A stretch of DNA of 64,000 nt from a virus. Below the pieces are notes generated by a model. The model had not been told where the DNA came from. It saw only the letters and a list, made by a program, of their open reading frames with translations, and made no database searches. The translations under genes and the position numbers were made by a program. Below are positions 9,805 through 19,652 of this stretch, piece by piece (position 1 is the first letter of the stretch; each line of letters starts with the position of its first letter). The stretch spans positions 63,399 through 127,398 of the IMG/VR virus record IMGVR_UViG_3300023179_000029. One strand, 5' to 3'.

Positions 9805-10410
9805 TTATACCAGTAGGTCCACGACAATACGTGAGGCACTAACGCGCTCAACTAGACGGGCAACGGGCTTTTTGTTTGATGGCGCTGATGAAAGCGCAAC
9901 AAGGCGACCATCAGGACCACCATAAAGCAGAACATCCGTACCCGGAGCGGTCGCTGCTGTAATGGCGGCAGTTAGTGACTGAGCGCCTGTAATTGAGCTA
10001 CCATCTAATAGCGTTCCGGCGTCGTTAAACGCAGGGGCGAGGATCTCAAATACGGAGTCAGGACCGCGCCAAACGCCGACTTCATTCTGTAGTGAATCGC
10101 CAGAAAAACCTTCATCAAGGTCTCCGCCAACAAAGTTAGCAAGAAGGCCAAATGCTGGTTCAGTAGCTACATCTGAGTTAGCAGCAGTAGCAGTTACAGC
10201 GACTTGTTCCGTACCCTTAAGGCGAGTTACCACCATGCCGGGCATAAGTCCATTCTGAAGTTTCGCTGCCGCACTGGGCAATGAAAGAACACCAGATGAA
10301 CGATAAGAGTCAGAAAGCTTAGCAGCATACGGCGTAGCCTGAGTATTGGCATATAAAGGCCGACAAGTGCGCTTCTGATACTTATTAGCTAGATTCTTTA
10401 GTCTTAGCAT
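9805..10410 (-). CDS. Capsid decoration/cement protein
   Basis: Directly upstream of MCP; RPLYANTQATP, PGMV, PAFGL motifs. Confidence 0.7.
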   Translation of the reverse strand: MLRLKNLANKYQKRTCRPLYANTQATPYAAKLSDSYRSSGVLSLPSAAAKLQNGLMPGMVVTRLKGTEQVAVTATAANSDVATEPAFGLLANFVGGDLDEGFSGDSLQNEVGVWRGPDSVFEILAPAFNDAGTLLDGSSITGAQSLTAAITAATAPGTDVLLYGGPDGRLVALSSAPSNKKPVARLVERVSASRIVVDLLV

Positions 10411-10522
10411 ATTAGTTTCCTATTTTTGTCTTTTGATTTAGTTTCACGCCTTGTGGGCGCTACGCCGTTTCAATTGTTTTTTGACGGCGGATTGTAAAAA
10501 TAAAGTAATATTCTCTTATTTT

Positions 10523-13500
10523 TTACATAAACAGAGCAGAATCATCAGAATCTGCCTGAGTTGTTGCGGGAGCAGTACTTGCCTCCCTAACTAGAGACGG
10601 GAGTCTCTTAGCTGTCCGCGCCGACTTCTTGAGGCCCGCTGTCTTAACGCGATTAGCGTAAGCTAGCGAAGCTTCAACAACTGAAGGCGCTGCCTTTTCA
10701 AGCTCAGCAACTCTTGCATACTTCTGTGAAGCGTCAAGAATGCCTAGCTCAATCTCAGTGTCAGCAAGTTTAAATGCTGTCATAAGATGCGAGGACTTGT
10801 CACCAAAGGCGTAATCCTTATCAGATACGTCAGTTGGATGATTTTCCTTACTGTTCTGATGCTCGTAGAAAGCTTCATTTTTTGGATCTACGGGATCAGC
10901 TTGACGAGTAACACCATTACCCTCGGTGCCAGTCCAAGTCTTAGTTGGGCCGGAATCCTCAGTGGTCTTGGTATGAGCATCGCCATGTGAGACTTCGATA
11001 CGCTCGTCGGGGTTACCAACGGGATCGGCAGGACGAGTACCCTTAACATCAGAGACAACCCAAGTCGAAGACTTAGTTGCGGGTAGTTCGTGATGTTTAA
11101 TAGGGGTAAAACTATCTGAATTAAATACCTGATAGGTACTTACGTCAGTTACAGGATCCTGCTGACCAAGTGAATCGCCCTCATTGCCATGCCAAGTATC
11201 CGTATGGATAGCTTCGATGTTCTTTGAATGCTCATCACCTTGCGTAACTTCTACTGTCTTTTCATCGCCAGTACCAACGCCAGATACGCCACCGATATCG
11301 GTAAGGTTAACCTGAGCGTCAGCCTTGGATGCCCCTGCATTAGAGGCTTCACCAACGCCACCTACACCCTCAACATCGGTATGATGATCGGGCTTGGCAA
11401 CTGCTGGTGCGCTTGTTTCTGCGTCAGCGATATGTGTTTCCATGTTGTTCCTTTTTCTGTTACCAGCAGCCGCAAGGAAATCCGATGCGGTGCGAACTGA
11501 TGATGTGACGGGTTCCTTTTGGTCCTTCACAACATAGTCTTTCGGTTCATTCGACGCTGGTGGCGTCTGGACCGGAAGTATTGGTTTTTCAATTTTGTTG
11601 ATTTGTGCAGTCTTTTCGTTGGAAATAGTCCAGCCGGTATCTGTTACATGAGCGACTGTATTTAAATTATTAGTATCAACATCAATATTTGATAGAGCTT
11701 CTTCGGGAGCGCTTTCCTGTTCCTCTAATTTATCGTGCTCCTTAGCAGCGGTCAGATCTGGATCACCAAAGCCCTTAGGCTCTTTTTCGTATCCACAAAC
11801 ATCGCACTGAGGACCGTCCATAATTTCACCACAAATGTCGCAAACTTCATCTTCGCGTAGCGTATCTACTTCTTCAGGTGCGCGAGTTTTAGTAAATTGC
11901 GGCTTATCGACATCGCCAGCTTCTTTTTTATTCTTTTTCTTGTTCATAGTGGCGTAAAAGACTTCCTTGCCCTTTTCTTCGCCATACTGATCAATCATTG
12001 AGTCGTAAGCCTTCTTAGCAGCACCTGTGCCGCCAAAATATTTGTCATACTCGCTGATTGGAGCAAATTTATTCATAGCAGTAACTGCGTTTTGTCCACT
12101 TTGTCGAAAATAATTAATTAATTCAGAAGGTTCTTGTAAGTATTGTTGAACAACTTTTCTAACCTGACCAGATTGTGCATACTCTGGCGGATAATATTCT
12201 AAATACTTTTGTGCTAATTGAGGAACAATTTGTTCCAAATTTTGAGTTTGACCTTGAAGCTGGGATTGAATAAATTCGATCAAACCTTTAGTGATATTAC
12301 CTTCATATTCTGTGCCGCCACCAATTGCAGGGCTGACTCTGTCAATACTATTATGTTGCGTAGAAGCTTCCTTTGCTGTGCTTGTATTTGGTTGAACAAA
12401 AGTTCCCTGATCTTGCGCTTGTTGATTTTGATTGCTTTGAATATAGTCAGACCAAACCTTGGCACCTTCATTGGCAAGATTTTGAAGTTCTTGATCGTAT
12501 CCACCTGCAAAATATTGATTAGGTTGAGTCATCTTTTTGTAATCCAAAATCCATTCTGGCAAATTTGGAAACTCATTTTTAATTAAATCACTAAGGATAT
12601 ATGGGAAATTTTCTTGCTGAGGTTGATACGTAGCAGGCATTTGCATTTTTTCAGCAGCCAACTGGACGACTCTTTCATAAAATTTGTTTCTTTGCACTCC
12701 TAAATCTTTATAACGCTGTTGCATTTCATATGGATCATTGCTTGGATCGGTGATCGTGCTAACATCGGCAGTTTTATTCATAGAAGCTTCCTTTACATTA
12801 GAGCGTACTTCGCGGATAAGAGCGGTCTCATCGGCGGGATCAAATACTGCTGAAATCTCAAAGAACTTAATGCCGTAGCAATCCTCATATGACTTCTTTG
12901 AAGTCTTGTGGCCATTCTCATCGATGTAATCAAAATAAGCCCCCTTCATTTTGACATGATTACAAAACTCGTCAGGAGTAGTAGCAGAGTTCTTGCAAAT
13001 ATTGCAAACAGAGCGCTCTACGTCGCAGCCCATTGAGAATCCATCAATGCCATTCTTTGCATTACGAGAACCATCGATAATGGCTTTTGCAAGCTTGGGG
13101 AATGACTTGGCATCAACTTCAAGAAGAAGCTCAACCCAAGTTGGAGGAGTGTGATTAGCTGGAGCATCACGATAATAAGAATCTTTTTGAGCAGCAGTCT
13201 TGTGATCGTCAACATGAAGCTTGGCGTCGACAATAACCCCACGCGCACGGGAAGGATCAGAGTTATGATGATCTACGAAAATTGGCTTGCCAAGAAAAGT
13301 AGAGAAACCATACTCTGCATCTTTAGAAGCTTCAACAGTAAAACCACCTGTGCTAGAAGTGTGGTGATCAAAGATATCTTGGCTGCCCGCAAGTTCTACA
13401 GAGGGCCAGCCATCGTGATTTTTGTTTACACGGGAAGAGATGGCACGAATACGAGCATAAAGATAACCGTCTTGTGTACGGTAATCTTCAAAAGAGCTAA

Positions 13501-13594
13501 TCTTAGCAAGAGATGCAGAGGTGTCTCGCTCTGGCGAACCCTTAACGTCTAAGATTTTGCTAACCTCTAAAGAGGCGTATTTTGTAAATGCCAT
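10523..13594 (-). CDS. Prohead (capsid maturation) protease fused to scaffold
   Basis: AISSRVNKNHDGW, IFVDHH, GFSMGC, FFEISAVFDPAD; long acidic C-terminus; upstream of decoration/MCP. Confidence 0.8.
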   Translation of the reverse strand: MAFTKYASLEVSKILDVKGSPERDTSASLAKISSFEDYRTQDGYLYARIRAISSRVNKNHDGWPSVELAGSQDIFDHHTSSTGGFTVEASKDAEYGFSTFLGKPIFVDHHNSDPSRARGVIVDAKLHVDDHKTAAQKDSYYRDAPANHTPPTWVELLLEVDAKSFPKLAKAIIDGSRNAKNGIDGFSMGCDVERSVCNICKNSATTPDEFCNHVKMKGAYFDYIDENGHKTSKKSYEDCYGIKFFEISAVFDPADETALIREVRSNVKEASMNKTADVSTITDPSNDPYEMQQRYKDLGVQRNKFYERVVQLAAEKMQMPATYQPQQENFPYILSDLIKNEFPNLPEWILDYKKMTQPNQYFAGGYDQELQNLANEGAKVWSDYIQSNQNQQAQDQGTFVQPNTSTAKEASTQHNSIDRVSPAIGGGTEYEGNITKGLIEFIQSQLQGQTQNLEQIVPQLAQKYLEYYPPEYAQSGQVRKVVQQYLQEPSELINYFRQSGQNAVTAMNKFAPISEYDKYFGGTGAAKKAYDSMIDQYGEEKGKEVFYATMNKKKNKKEAGDVDKPQFTKTRAPEEVDTLREDEVCDICGEIMDGPQCDVCGYEKEPKGFGDPDLTAAKEHDKLEEQESAPEEALSNIDVDTNNLNTVAHVTDTGWTISNEKTAQINKIEKPILPVQTPPASNEPKDYVVKDQKEPVTSSVRTASDFLAAAGNRKRNNMETHIADAETSAPAVAKPDHHTDVEGVGGVGEASNAGASKADAQVNLTDIGGVSGVGTGDEKTVEVTQGDEHSKNIEAIHTDTWHGNEGDSLGQQDPVTDVSTYQVFNSDSFTPIKHHELPATKSSTWVVSDVKGTRPADPVGNPDERIEVSHGDAHTKTTEDSGPTKTWTGTEGNGVTRQADPVDPKNEAFYEHQNSKENHPTDVSDKDYAFGDKSSHLMTAFKLADTEIELGILDASQKYARVAELEKAAPSVVEASLAYANRVKTAGLKKSARTAKRLPSLVREASTAPATTQADSDDSALFM

Positions 13595-13623
13595 ATCGCC
13601 TCTTAAGTGTGGGATAAACTAAA

Positions 13624-13794
13624 TTATTTAGTTAAAATGTCCCGAATTGACTTTTCAGCGTCATAAGTTAGCGATTTAAAAGTGGCTTTGCAACCCTTTT
13701 CTTGACGCTCGGGAAGACCCCAAGATTCAATTAAACCTAGAACTCTGCCACGAAGAGTATTAAACTCTTTGATAATAATTTCTTCGTCGCCCAT
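13624..13794 (-). CDS. Hypothetical 56-aa protein
   Basis: MGDEEIIIKEFNTLRGRVLGLIESWG...DILTK*, fills the gap between flanking genes; below the ORF-track cutoff. Confidence 0.65.
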   Translation of the reverse strand: MGDEEIIIKEFNTLRGRVLGLIESWGLPERQEKGCKATFKSLTYDAEKSIRDILTK

Positions 13795-13797
13795 TTA

Positions 13798-14973
13798 TCA
13801 TGCAAAGGGGTCGTTAGGATCGCTGGGAGCAGCATTCGATCCAGTTGAAGCGCCGCAAGAGCATGACCCCCTCGCTGGGTATTGGCCACCGCATTTTGAA
13901 CAATTCCACTCAATTGGCTTAAACGCATCATTGATCATTTTTTCGCGTCGCTCGCGAAGGTGCTTGGGATAAGCAATTTCTTTTTTGGTCTCATTGAAAG
14001 CATCTTTTACAGCATCCCAGCGAGGACCGGCTTCGCGCTCCATGCGAGCATGAATGGTATCGCCTGCGCGCTTGATGCGAGCAACACGGAAACCTTCAAA
14101 CTCATTCTCAAGCTGAGCTTTGGCCATTCTGATGCTTGTGCTGCGATCAGCATCAACCTTAGAAGCTGTGAAAGAAGTTACAGCATTTGCGGGAGTTGAA
14201 GTTGATGGAGACGCCGCATTTGCATTTGCTCCGCATACGCATGGGGTTTGACCGCATTGACAACCAGCGGCTGGATTAGATTCAGTTGTGCCAACAGGGG
14301 CACCAGCACCAGTTGGAGGCATTGACATATCAGCAGTTTTAACTGAAGCAAATGAAGGCGCGCCTACAGGCGTAACGCCGGGCTTGTTAGGAACCTCGCC
14401 GGGCTTAAGCTTAGCGCCAGATCCGGGGGGAAGAGGCTCAGATTTCTTGGGACCCTCAGCAGGACCACCTTTAGGTGCAGGAGCAGCAGGAAGGTCAGCA
14501 GAAGGACCCTCAGGCTTAACATCAGGACTCTCACCCTTTTCGCTGATTCCAAGGGCATCTAAAAGCAGGTCAATTTTCTTTTCAAGTTCCTTGATTTTCT
14601 TTTCTTCTGACTGCTCATGCTTTTCTTCATGCTCTTCGTGTGCATGCTCTTCCATTTCTTCAAGAGGAGATTCGCTCTTTTCGTGCTTGTCCTCATGAAG
14701 ATCGGCAGGTGACTCATCAATGTCTTCAAAAGCACCAGCGGCAGTCTTCTTGCAATGCTGACAACCCTTATCCTCGCAATGCTCACAAGGCTCAACGTCT
14801 TCGCCAGCGGTCTTGGGAACCATAAGCTTGGCGACCCAATGACCGGCCTGATTGTGAATGCTGGCAATCTTAGTGCCGGGCTTGAAGTTGCGATTATTCT
14901 GAAGCGCTAGAAGGGCTTCGTGCTGAGTGAGGCCGGGGGCCGACTTTGCAATTTGAGTTGTATAGTGCATCAC
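13798..14973 (-). CDS. Putative internal head protein with CxxC motifs
   Basis: 391 aa, His/Glu-rich and Pro-rich segments, KTA motifs. Confidence 0.6.
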   Translation of the reverse strand: MMHYTTQIAKSAPGLTQHEALLALQNNRNFKPGTKIASIHNQAGHWVAKLMVPKTAGEDVEPCEHCEDKGCQHCKKTAAGAFEDIDESPADLHEDKHEKSESPLEEMEEHAHEEHEEKHEQSEEKKIKELEKKIDLLLDALGISEKGESPDVKPEGPSADLPAAPAPKGGPAEGPKKSEPLPPGSGAKLKPGEVPNKPGVTPVGAPSFASVKTADMSMPPTGAGAPVGTTESNPAAGCQCGQTPCVCGANANAASPSTSTPANAVTSFTASKVDADRSTSIRMAKAQLENEFEGFRVARIKRAGDTIHARMEREAGPRWDAVKDAFNETKKEIAYPKHLRERREKMINDAFKPIEWNCSKCGGQYPARGSCSCGASTGSNAAPSDPNDPFA

Positions 14974-15006
14974 TATTTATCCTTTGGGTTTAAGTTATTT
15001 TGAAGG

Positions 15007-18000
15007 TCAGCAACCGAAAAGAAAATAATCAGGATCCGATTCGGCGTAATGAGTGCCTTCTAAATTAAGTTTGTCTGCGTTGCGAGCCTCGCCGTACTCA
15101 TCAATAAGTTCGCGCTGCTCCATTGGGGTATAATGCTTACCAGCTACATGGGTGAATGATTGTAAATCGGCACGGGCTGCATCCTGCATTCTTTTTTCAC
15201 TATAAATTTTTTGCATTAGTTCTTCAGAAGCCTTTACTAATGGAACATCGTGATAAGGGCATGTGCCGGGTTCAGTATCGCCACCCTGAATATTAAATTG
15301 GCAATTAGGCTGTGGGCAAGCCCAGAAATCGACATTTGCCTCTTTAGTAGAGCTACCAATTTGAATGTGCGGAGTAGAAAGATCTGAATCTTGACCGGGA
15401 GCCGTCACATTCTTGGTATCAAGGTTCTCTTCAATGCCAGCAGGATTATCCTCTGATCCGCCAGAAGTTGGGGCAAAACGATAACCATTAAGATCTGCCT
15501 CTTGGCGATCAATTTCGATTGTAGTCCTTAGACCGCCATCTGATTCAATTTCATAAACAACAGCATCAGGTTTAATTTCCTTGACTCGTCCAACATCAGG
15601 AATCTCATAATCATGAGCATAAATTTCATATTCCTGACCCTCTTCAAGTGGCTCGCCGTTCTCATCTGTCCAAGTATGAGAAGAGTCATCAATTTCTGAC
15701 TCTTCCTCAGGCTCGCTAAAAGAATCGACAGGGTTAGGCATAACTACCTCTGGCCCTTTATCAAGATTTAAAGCCTGATAAAAGCTAGCCGTGGTGCTAG
15801 AATTACTTGAATCGCCATCGGCTTTTTCATAAGTTTCATCCTTCCATTGATGACCACAGCTATGACATCTTGATTTACCGTCCTGCTGGACCATTTTAGT
15901 AGTGTGACCATCACATTTAGGACACTTGCCAGCAACATTATCGGCGCCATATTTAAATGCGGCATGAAGCATTGAGGCCATAACTGGGGGCTGCATAGCG
16001 CCGGGACCAGCAGGATTTAAATCAGCGGGAGTAGGAGCGCCCATATCAGGGATACCGGGGGCTGCACCGGGAGGTCCGGGAGGCATACCGGGCATTCCGC
16101 CATCCATACCGGGCATGCCAGCAGGTCCGCCGGGAGCGCCCATGCCCTGCATTTGTTCTTGCGGAGACATGCCTATATCTTCCGGGTCTTCTCCAAGCAT
16201 TGGATCCTTATTTTGAATTTCTGCAAGTTCGTTGTCGTAGTCAGCGGGGTTTTCAAGCATATTTGGAATTTCATCCTCGCGACCCTGTTCAATGAGCATT
16301 TCTGCAACAGCGGCTTGCTGTTCATCTGTGTGAGGGCCTTGAGTATCAGATGCCGTGCGGCCAACAACATTTAATTCAGGTGTAAGCGTAATATTTGGCC
16401 TTTGAGCCGGAGCATATGCTTTAGCTGTGTCTGGGCTACATTGCTGACAGATTTGATCTGGACCCATTTCATTACCGCATTTAGGGCAAATGCCGCTAAC
16501 TCCGATAGATGGAATTTGTTGATTTACTTGAGGTTGGACGGTTGTAGCAGATGATTTTTTGTTCATGTGTTCATCAATGGTAAGTAAAATTTTATTTTGG
16601 CCTTCAGTTGTAGCTAAATCTAAATATCCGGGGTGCTCTGATTCTAAATTTTCGTGAATCAATTTAATTGTTGGATGGTTTAAACCAGATTTTTCTGAAT
16701 AGAAAAACTCCATAATTAAGGGTAAGAAGTTTAAAAATTGTTCGATAGCATTTGAAAATTCTTTAGAATCTTCGTTTTTTCCTTCAACGATTTTACGTTT
16801 AAGATTATGTTTCTCGTAATCATCTCCGCGTATATCTCTTGATTGGCCAATTTCATTAACATCTAGCATGTCATAAGCCCAATCATCGTTGCTTTCATCT
16901 GTGCGTTGATGAGGATCAATACCTCCATTAATAGGATCCTCTATCCTGCGAGTGATCGAACTAGGGTGCTCGTATTGATCTCCATAAGAAGATCGCCTTG
17001 GGCCAGCAAAATAATCCTCACCTCTTACTGGCAATTCCCACGGTTTAGTTTGCAAAGCTTTGTTTGGATTGTTAAATAGCCAATTATATATGCCGGGGAT
17101 TGCGCCCATTCCATAGCCAAGCCATTTACCTCTACCGTCCTGTCCTCCTGCCGGGGCTTGAGGTTGAGGTTGTTGAGGTTGTTGAGGATTTTGAGTTTGA
17201 GGTGCGGGCTGCGTTTGTGGTTGTGACTGTGGCTGCTGAACTTGTTGCTGAGGTTCCTCTTGACCATAGCCTTCAACTTCCCAACTCATAGGTGCATCTA
17301 CGCCAACAACTTCTTCGCCAGTAGTCGGATCTATTGGCATTTTTAATTTTGGTAACATAAACCTACCGGGCACGTCGGTTGTGCCGGTTCCCGGAATTTG
17401 AGGCTGACGCCTCTCCGTTGGCTCTATACCCTTCCACTTTGGACCAGTAGATACACCAGTTCCGTGACCGGTTTCCTGTGCGCGTTGAATACTTCTCTCT
17501 TGTCTTTCAATAATTTCAGATTCTGGAATTTTGCGTTCTTGCTTTGATTTTGCCAATTCTGCTGGAGTCATGACATCATGAATCTCCGGTACATAGCGAT
17601 AACGATCTGCTATTTTTTGACGCATAGCCGCCAATATTTGATTGCGCCAATTTACGTAAGCGGTTTTGGCGTAATAAGACTCATCATGAATACCTGACGG
17701 AGCTTGTTGCTGCGTAGCACCCGGGCCGCTTCCCCATCCAGTAAAATCTTTAAAGATCTCCTTTCCTGTACTTTTCGCTAATTCTTTAGTTAAATCTTTT
17801 TTGCCCAATGCTCCGCGCATTAGATTACCTACGCCACTTAAAAGTTCTCCTCCTGCTGTTTCAGCCCCAGCTGCTCCTGCCGCCTCTGCCACGGCGGCTC
17901 CGCCCGCTGCGGCTTCTCCAGCTAAGGCGGCGCCCTCAAGTGGTAAAGCAATTTCTGGAGCAAGAATTGTCCCTGCCGCAATGGCTGCGGGCATAATCCA

Positions 18001-18924
18001 ATCTGTCCATTCACTAATTTTATTTAAATGACTAGTTTTGTCTAATGCTGACAAATTATCAGTTCTGGCAACATCATTGATGATGTCCGCCATATGAGGA
18101 TTTTCAACGCCGATTTGGATTGAAGAAGCGCTGCTTACCTTGGGACGAATGACAGACCAGTAATCCTTGTAAGGGCGAAGCTTGCCGTTTTCATCAGGGT
18201 TTTCGACCCAAGCATTAAGTTTAATTAAAGCTTCATGTAAATTATCGGTAATTCCCTTAGGAAGAGGCATGGAATATTTATTAGCGGCCTCTATGTGCTC
18301 CTTAGAGGGTTCTACGACATCAACGATATCCCACCCAAGATGCTCAACAGGAATATTTGAATCCAGTCCATCGTTTTTAAGCCATGAGGCGGCAGCGATT
18401 TTCTCTGTGGGATCCTCAACTTCTCCGCCTTTAGCATGCTCAAAATCTTCAACTACTTTGTCCCAAAGTTCATCCTCTGATTTTTCTTCGTCGCTTGATC
18501 GACGTACAGAACCAACCATTTCATCGCGACCCATAGAGCGATCAGAAATTTCTCCTGATTTCCAAGCGTTATCTTTAATCGGATTCACTGTACCAAGGCC
18601 TTTGGGTTCGGTAGCTTCATCAATTTCTTCAAGACTTTCTTCATCATCTTTTTTAAGATTAGCAAAAATTCCTTCTTGAAGAGGATTACCGCCCCTGTCT
18701 TCGCTTGATCCGTCAAGCGGAGTATTACGTTCAGTCATTTCCGAATTAATCTCGGACGGTTGGCCACGATAAGGGCGCCCGCCCGTGTTTGAGCGTAAAT
18801 CATAGCCGCACTCGGGGCAGTTATTATGAACGGTCTCAGGTTGAAGTTCGCCCTGCTGAAAGAATGACCCGCACTCGGGGCATTCAATTTCGTTATAATG
18901 GTGTTCAGGACCTCTATGATCCAT
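15007..18924 (-). CDS. Large putative internal virion protein with several Zn-ribbons
   Basis: 1305 aa; CPECG, CPKCG, CPKCD motifs; hydrophobic Ala/Gly segment; Gln/Pro linkers. Confidence 0.6.
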   Translation of the reverse strand: MDHRGPEHHYNEIECPECGSFFQQGELQPETVHNNCPECGYDLRSNTGGRPYRGQPSEINSEMTERNTPLDGSSEDRGGNPLQEGIFANLKKDDEESLEEIDEATEPKGLGTVNPIKDNAWKSGEISDRSMGRDEMVGSVRRSSDEEKSEDELWDKVVEDFEHAKGGEVEDPTEKIAAASWLKNDGLDSNIPVEHLGWDIVDVVEPSKEHIEAANKYSMPLPKGITDNLHEALIKLNAWVENPDENGKLRPYKDYWSVIRPKVSSASSIQIGVENPHMADIINDVARTDNLSALDKTSHLNKISEWTDWIMPAAIAAGTILAPEIALPLEGAALAGEAAAGGAAVAEAAGAAGAETAGGELLSGVGNLMRGALGKKDLTKELAKSTGKEIFKDFTGWGSGPGATQQQAPSGIHDESYYAKTAYVNWRNQILAAMRQKIADRYRYVPEIHDVMTPAELAKSKQERKIPESEIIERQERSIQRAQETGHGTGVSTGPKWKGIEPTERRQPQIPGTGTTDVPGRFMLPKLKMPIDPTTGEEVVGVDAPMSWEVEGYGQEEPQQQVQQPQSQPQTQPAPQTQNPQQPQQPQPQAPAGGQDGRGKWLGYGMGAIPGIYNWLFNNPNKALQTKPWELPVRGEDYFAGPRRSSYGDQYEHPSSITRRIEDPINGGIDPHQRTDESNDDWAYDMLDVNEIGQSRDIRGDDYEKHNLKRKIVEGKNEDSKEFSNAIEQFLNFLPLIMEFFYSEKSGLNHPTIKLIHENLESEHPGYLDLATTEGQNKILLTIDEHMNKKSSATTVQPQVNQQIPSIGVSGICPKCGNEMGPDQICQQCSPDTAKAYAPAQRPNITLTPELNVVGRTASDTQGPHTDEQQAAVAEMLIEQGREDEIPNMLENPADYDNELAEIQNKDPMLGEDPEDIGMSPQEQMQGMGAPGGPAGMPGMDGGMPGMPPGPPGAAPGIPDMGAPTPADLNPAGPGAMQPPVMASMLHAAFKYGADNVAGKCPKCDGHTTKMVQQDGKSRCHSCGHQWKDETYEKADGDSSNSSTTASFYQALNLDKGPEVVMPNPVDSFSEPEEESEIDDSSHTWTDENGEPLEEGQEYEIYAHDYEIPDVGRVKEIKPDAVVYEIESDGGLRTTIEIDRQEADLNGYRFAPTSGGSEDNPAGIEENLDTKNVTAPGQDSDLSTPHIQIGSSTKEANVDFWACPQPNCQFNIQGGDTEPGTCPYHDVPLVKASEELMQKIYSEKRMQDAARADLQSFTHVAGKHYTPMEQRELIDEYGEARNADKLNLEGTHYAESDPDYFLFGC

Positions 18925-18931
18925 GATTCAC

Positions 18932-19321
18932 CTAATACTTGACACCAGAATCAGCAGTGCGGGCGTGAATTGAAAAAGTAGTTGGAGTGCCAGTGCCACT
19001 ACCACGAACAAATCTGATTCTCCAATAAGGAAGAATAATTTGTTCAGCAAATCCTTTAGCCACATTAGCGGTAATGGAAATGGCTGCATTAGTATTACTT
19101 GATGCGCTATAATTAGTAATAGCTCCGCTTGCAATTGGGGTTGCAGTTGTAGAAATGCCCCAATTTATTCCATCTTGACTTTGATCGATATAAAAAGAAC
19201 CGCCAACGTTACTAATAATTGAACCAGTAATTAAATCGTGAGTTTCTGTTTTTAGCCACCTTGAAGTGAAGGTATCAGTTCCACCAAAATCTGCGCTTGT
19301 GTCTGCTCCTAAAAATGCCAT
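18932..19321 (-). CDS. Virion structural protein
   Basis: IDQSQDGINW...PYWRIRF beta-sandwich-like motif. Confidence 0.55.
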   Translation of the reverse strand: MAFLGADTSADFGGTDTFTSRWLKTETHDLITGSIISNVGGSFYIDQSQDGINWGISTTATPIASGAITNYSASSNTNAAISITANVAKGFAEQIILPYWRIRFVRGSGTGTPTTFSIHARTADSGVKY

Positions 19322-19329
19322 TCTAATAC

Positions 19330-19557
19330 TTACTCTTGCGTATCGTCGGTTTTAGTAGCCTCATCAATTACTTCACCAGATACAACCTCGTCAATAACGG
19401 TTTCTGATTCCTGAGAAATAAGCTCAGAGAGCATATTTACACGACCAAGGCGTTGAAGGCGTTCAGACTCAAGTTCCTCAAGCTTGGCCCTAACATCCTG
19501 AATCTCTTTAACAACATTGTTATGAGCTTCAATTTCTGCATTTAACTTATCTTGCAT
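19330..19557 (-). CDS. Small coiled-coil protein (possible fibre chaperone)
   Basis: SD AAAGGA; heptad pattern. Confidence 0.6.
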   Translation of the reverse strand: MQDKLNAEIEAHNNVVKEIQDVRAKLEELESERLQRLGRVNMLSELISQESETVIDEVVSGEVIDEATKTDDTQE

Positions 19558-19652
19558 ATTAAACTATCCTTTTCTTGCCTTATTGGGGCATTTAATGCTA
19601 ATATTTAATCTTGCGTATCAGGTTATTTAGTAGGCTAAATGCAATGGAAATT

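Noticed and set aside
14288-18679. Plus-strand ORFs such as 14288-14698, 17801-18031 and 18182-18679
   Set aside because: Antisense shadows of long minus-strand genes; Ser-rich, no RBS
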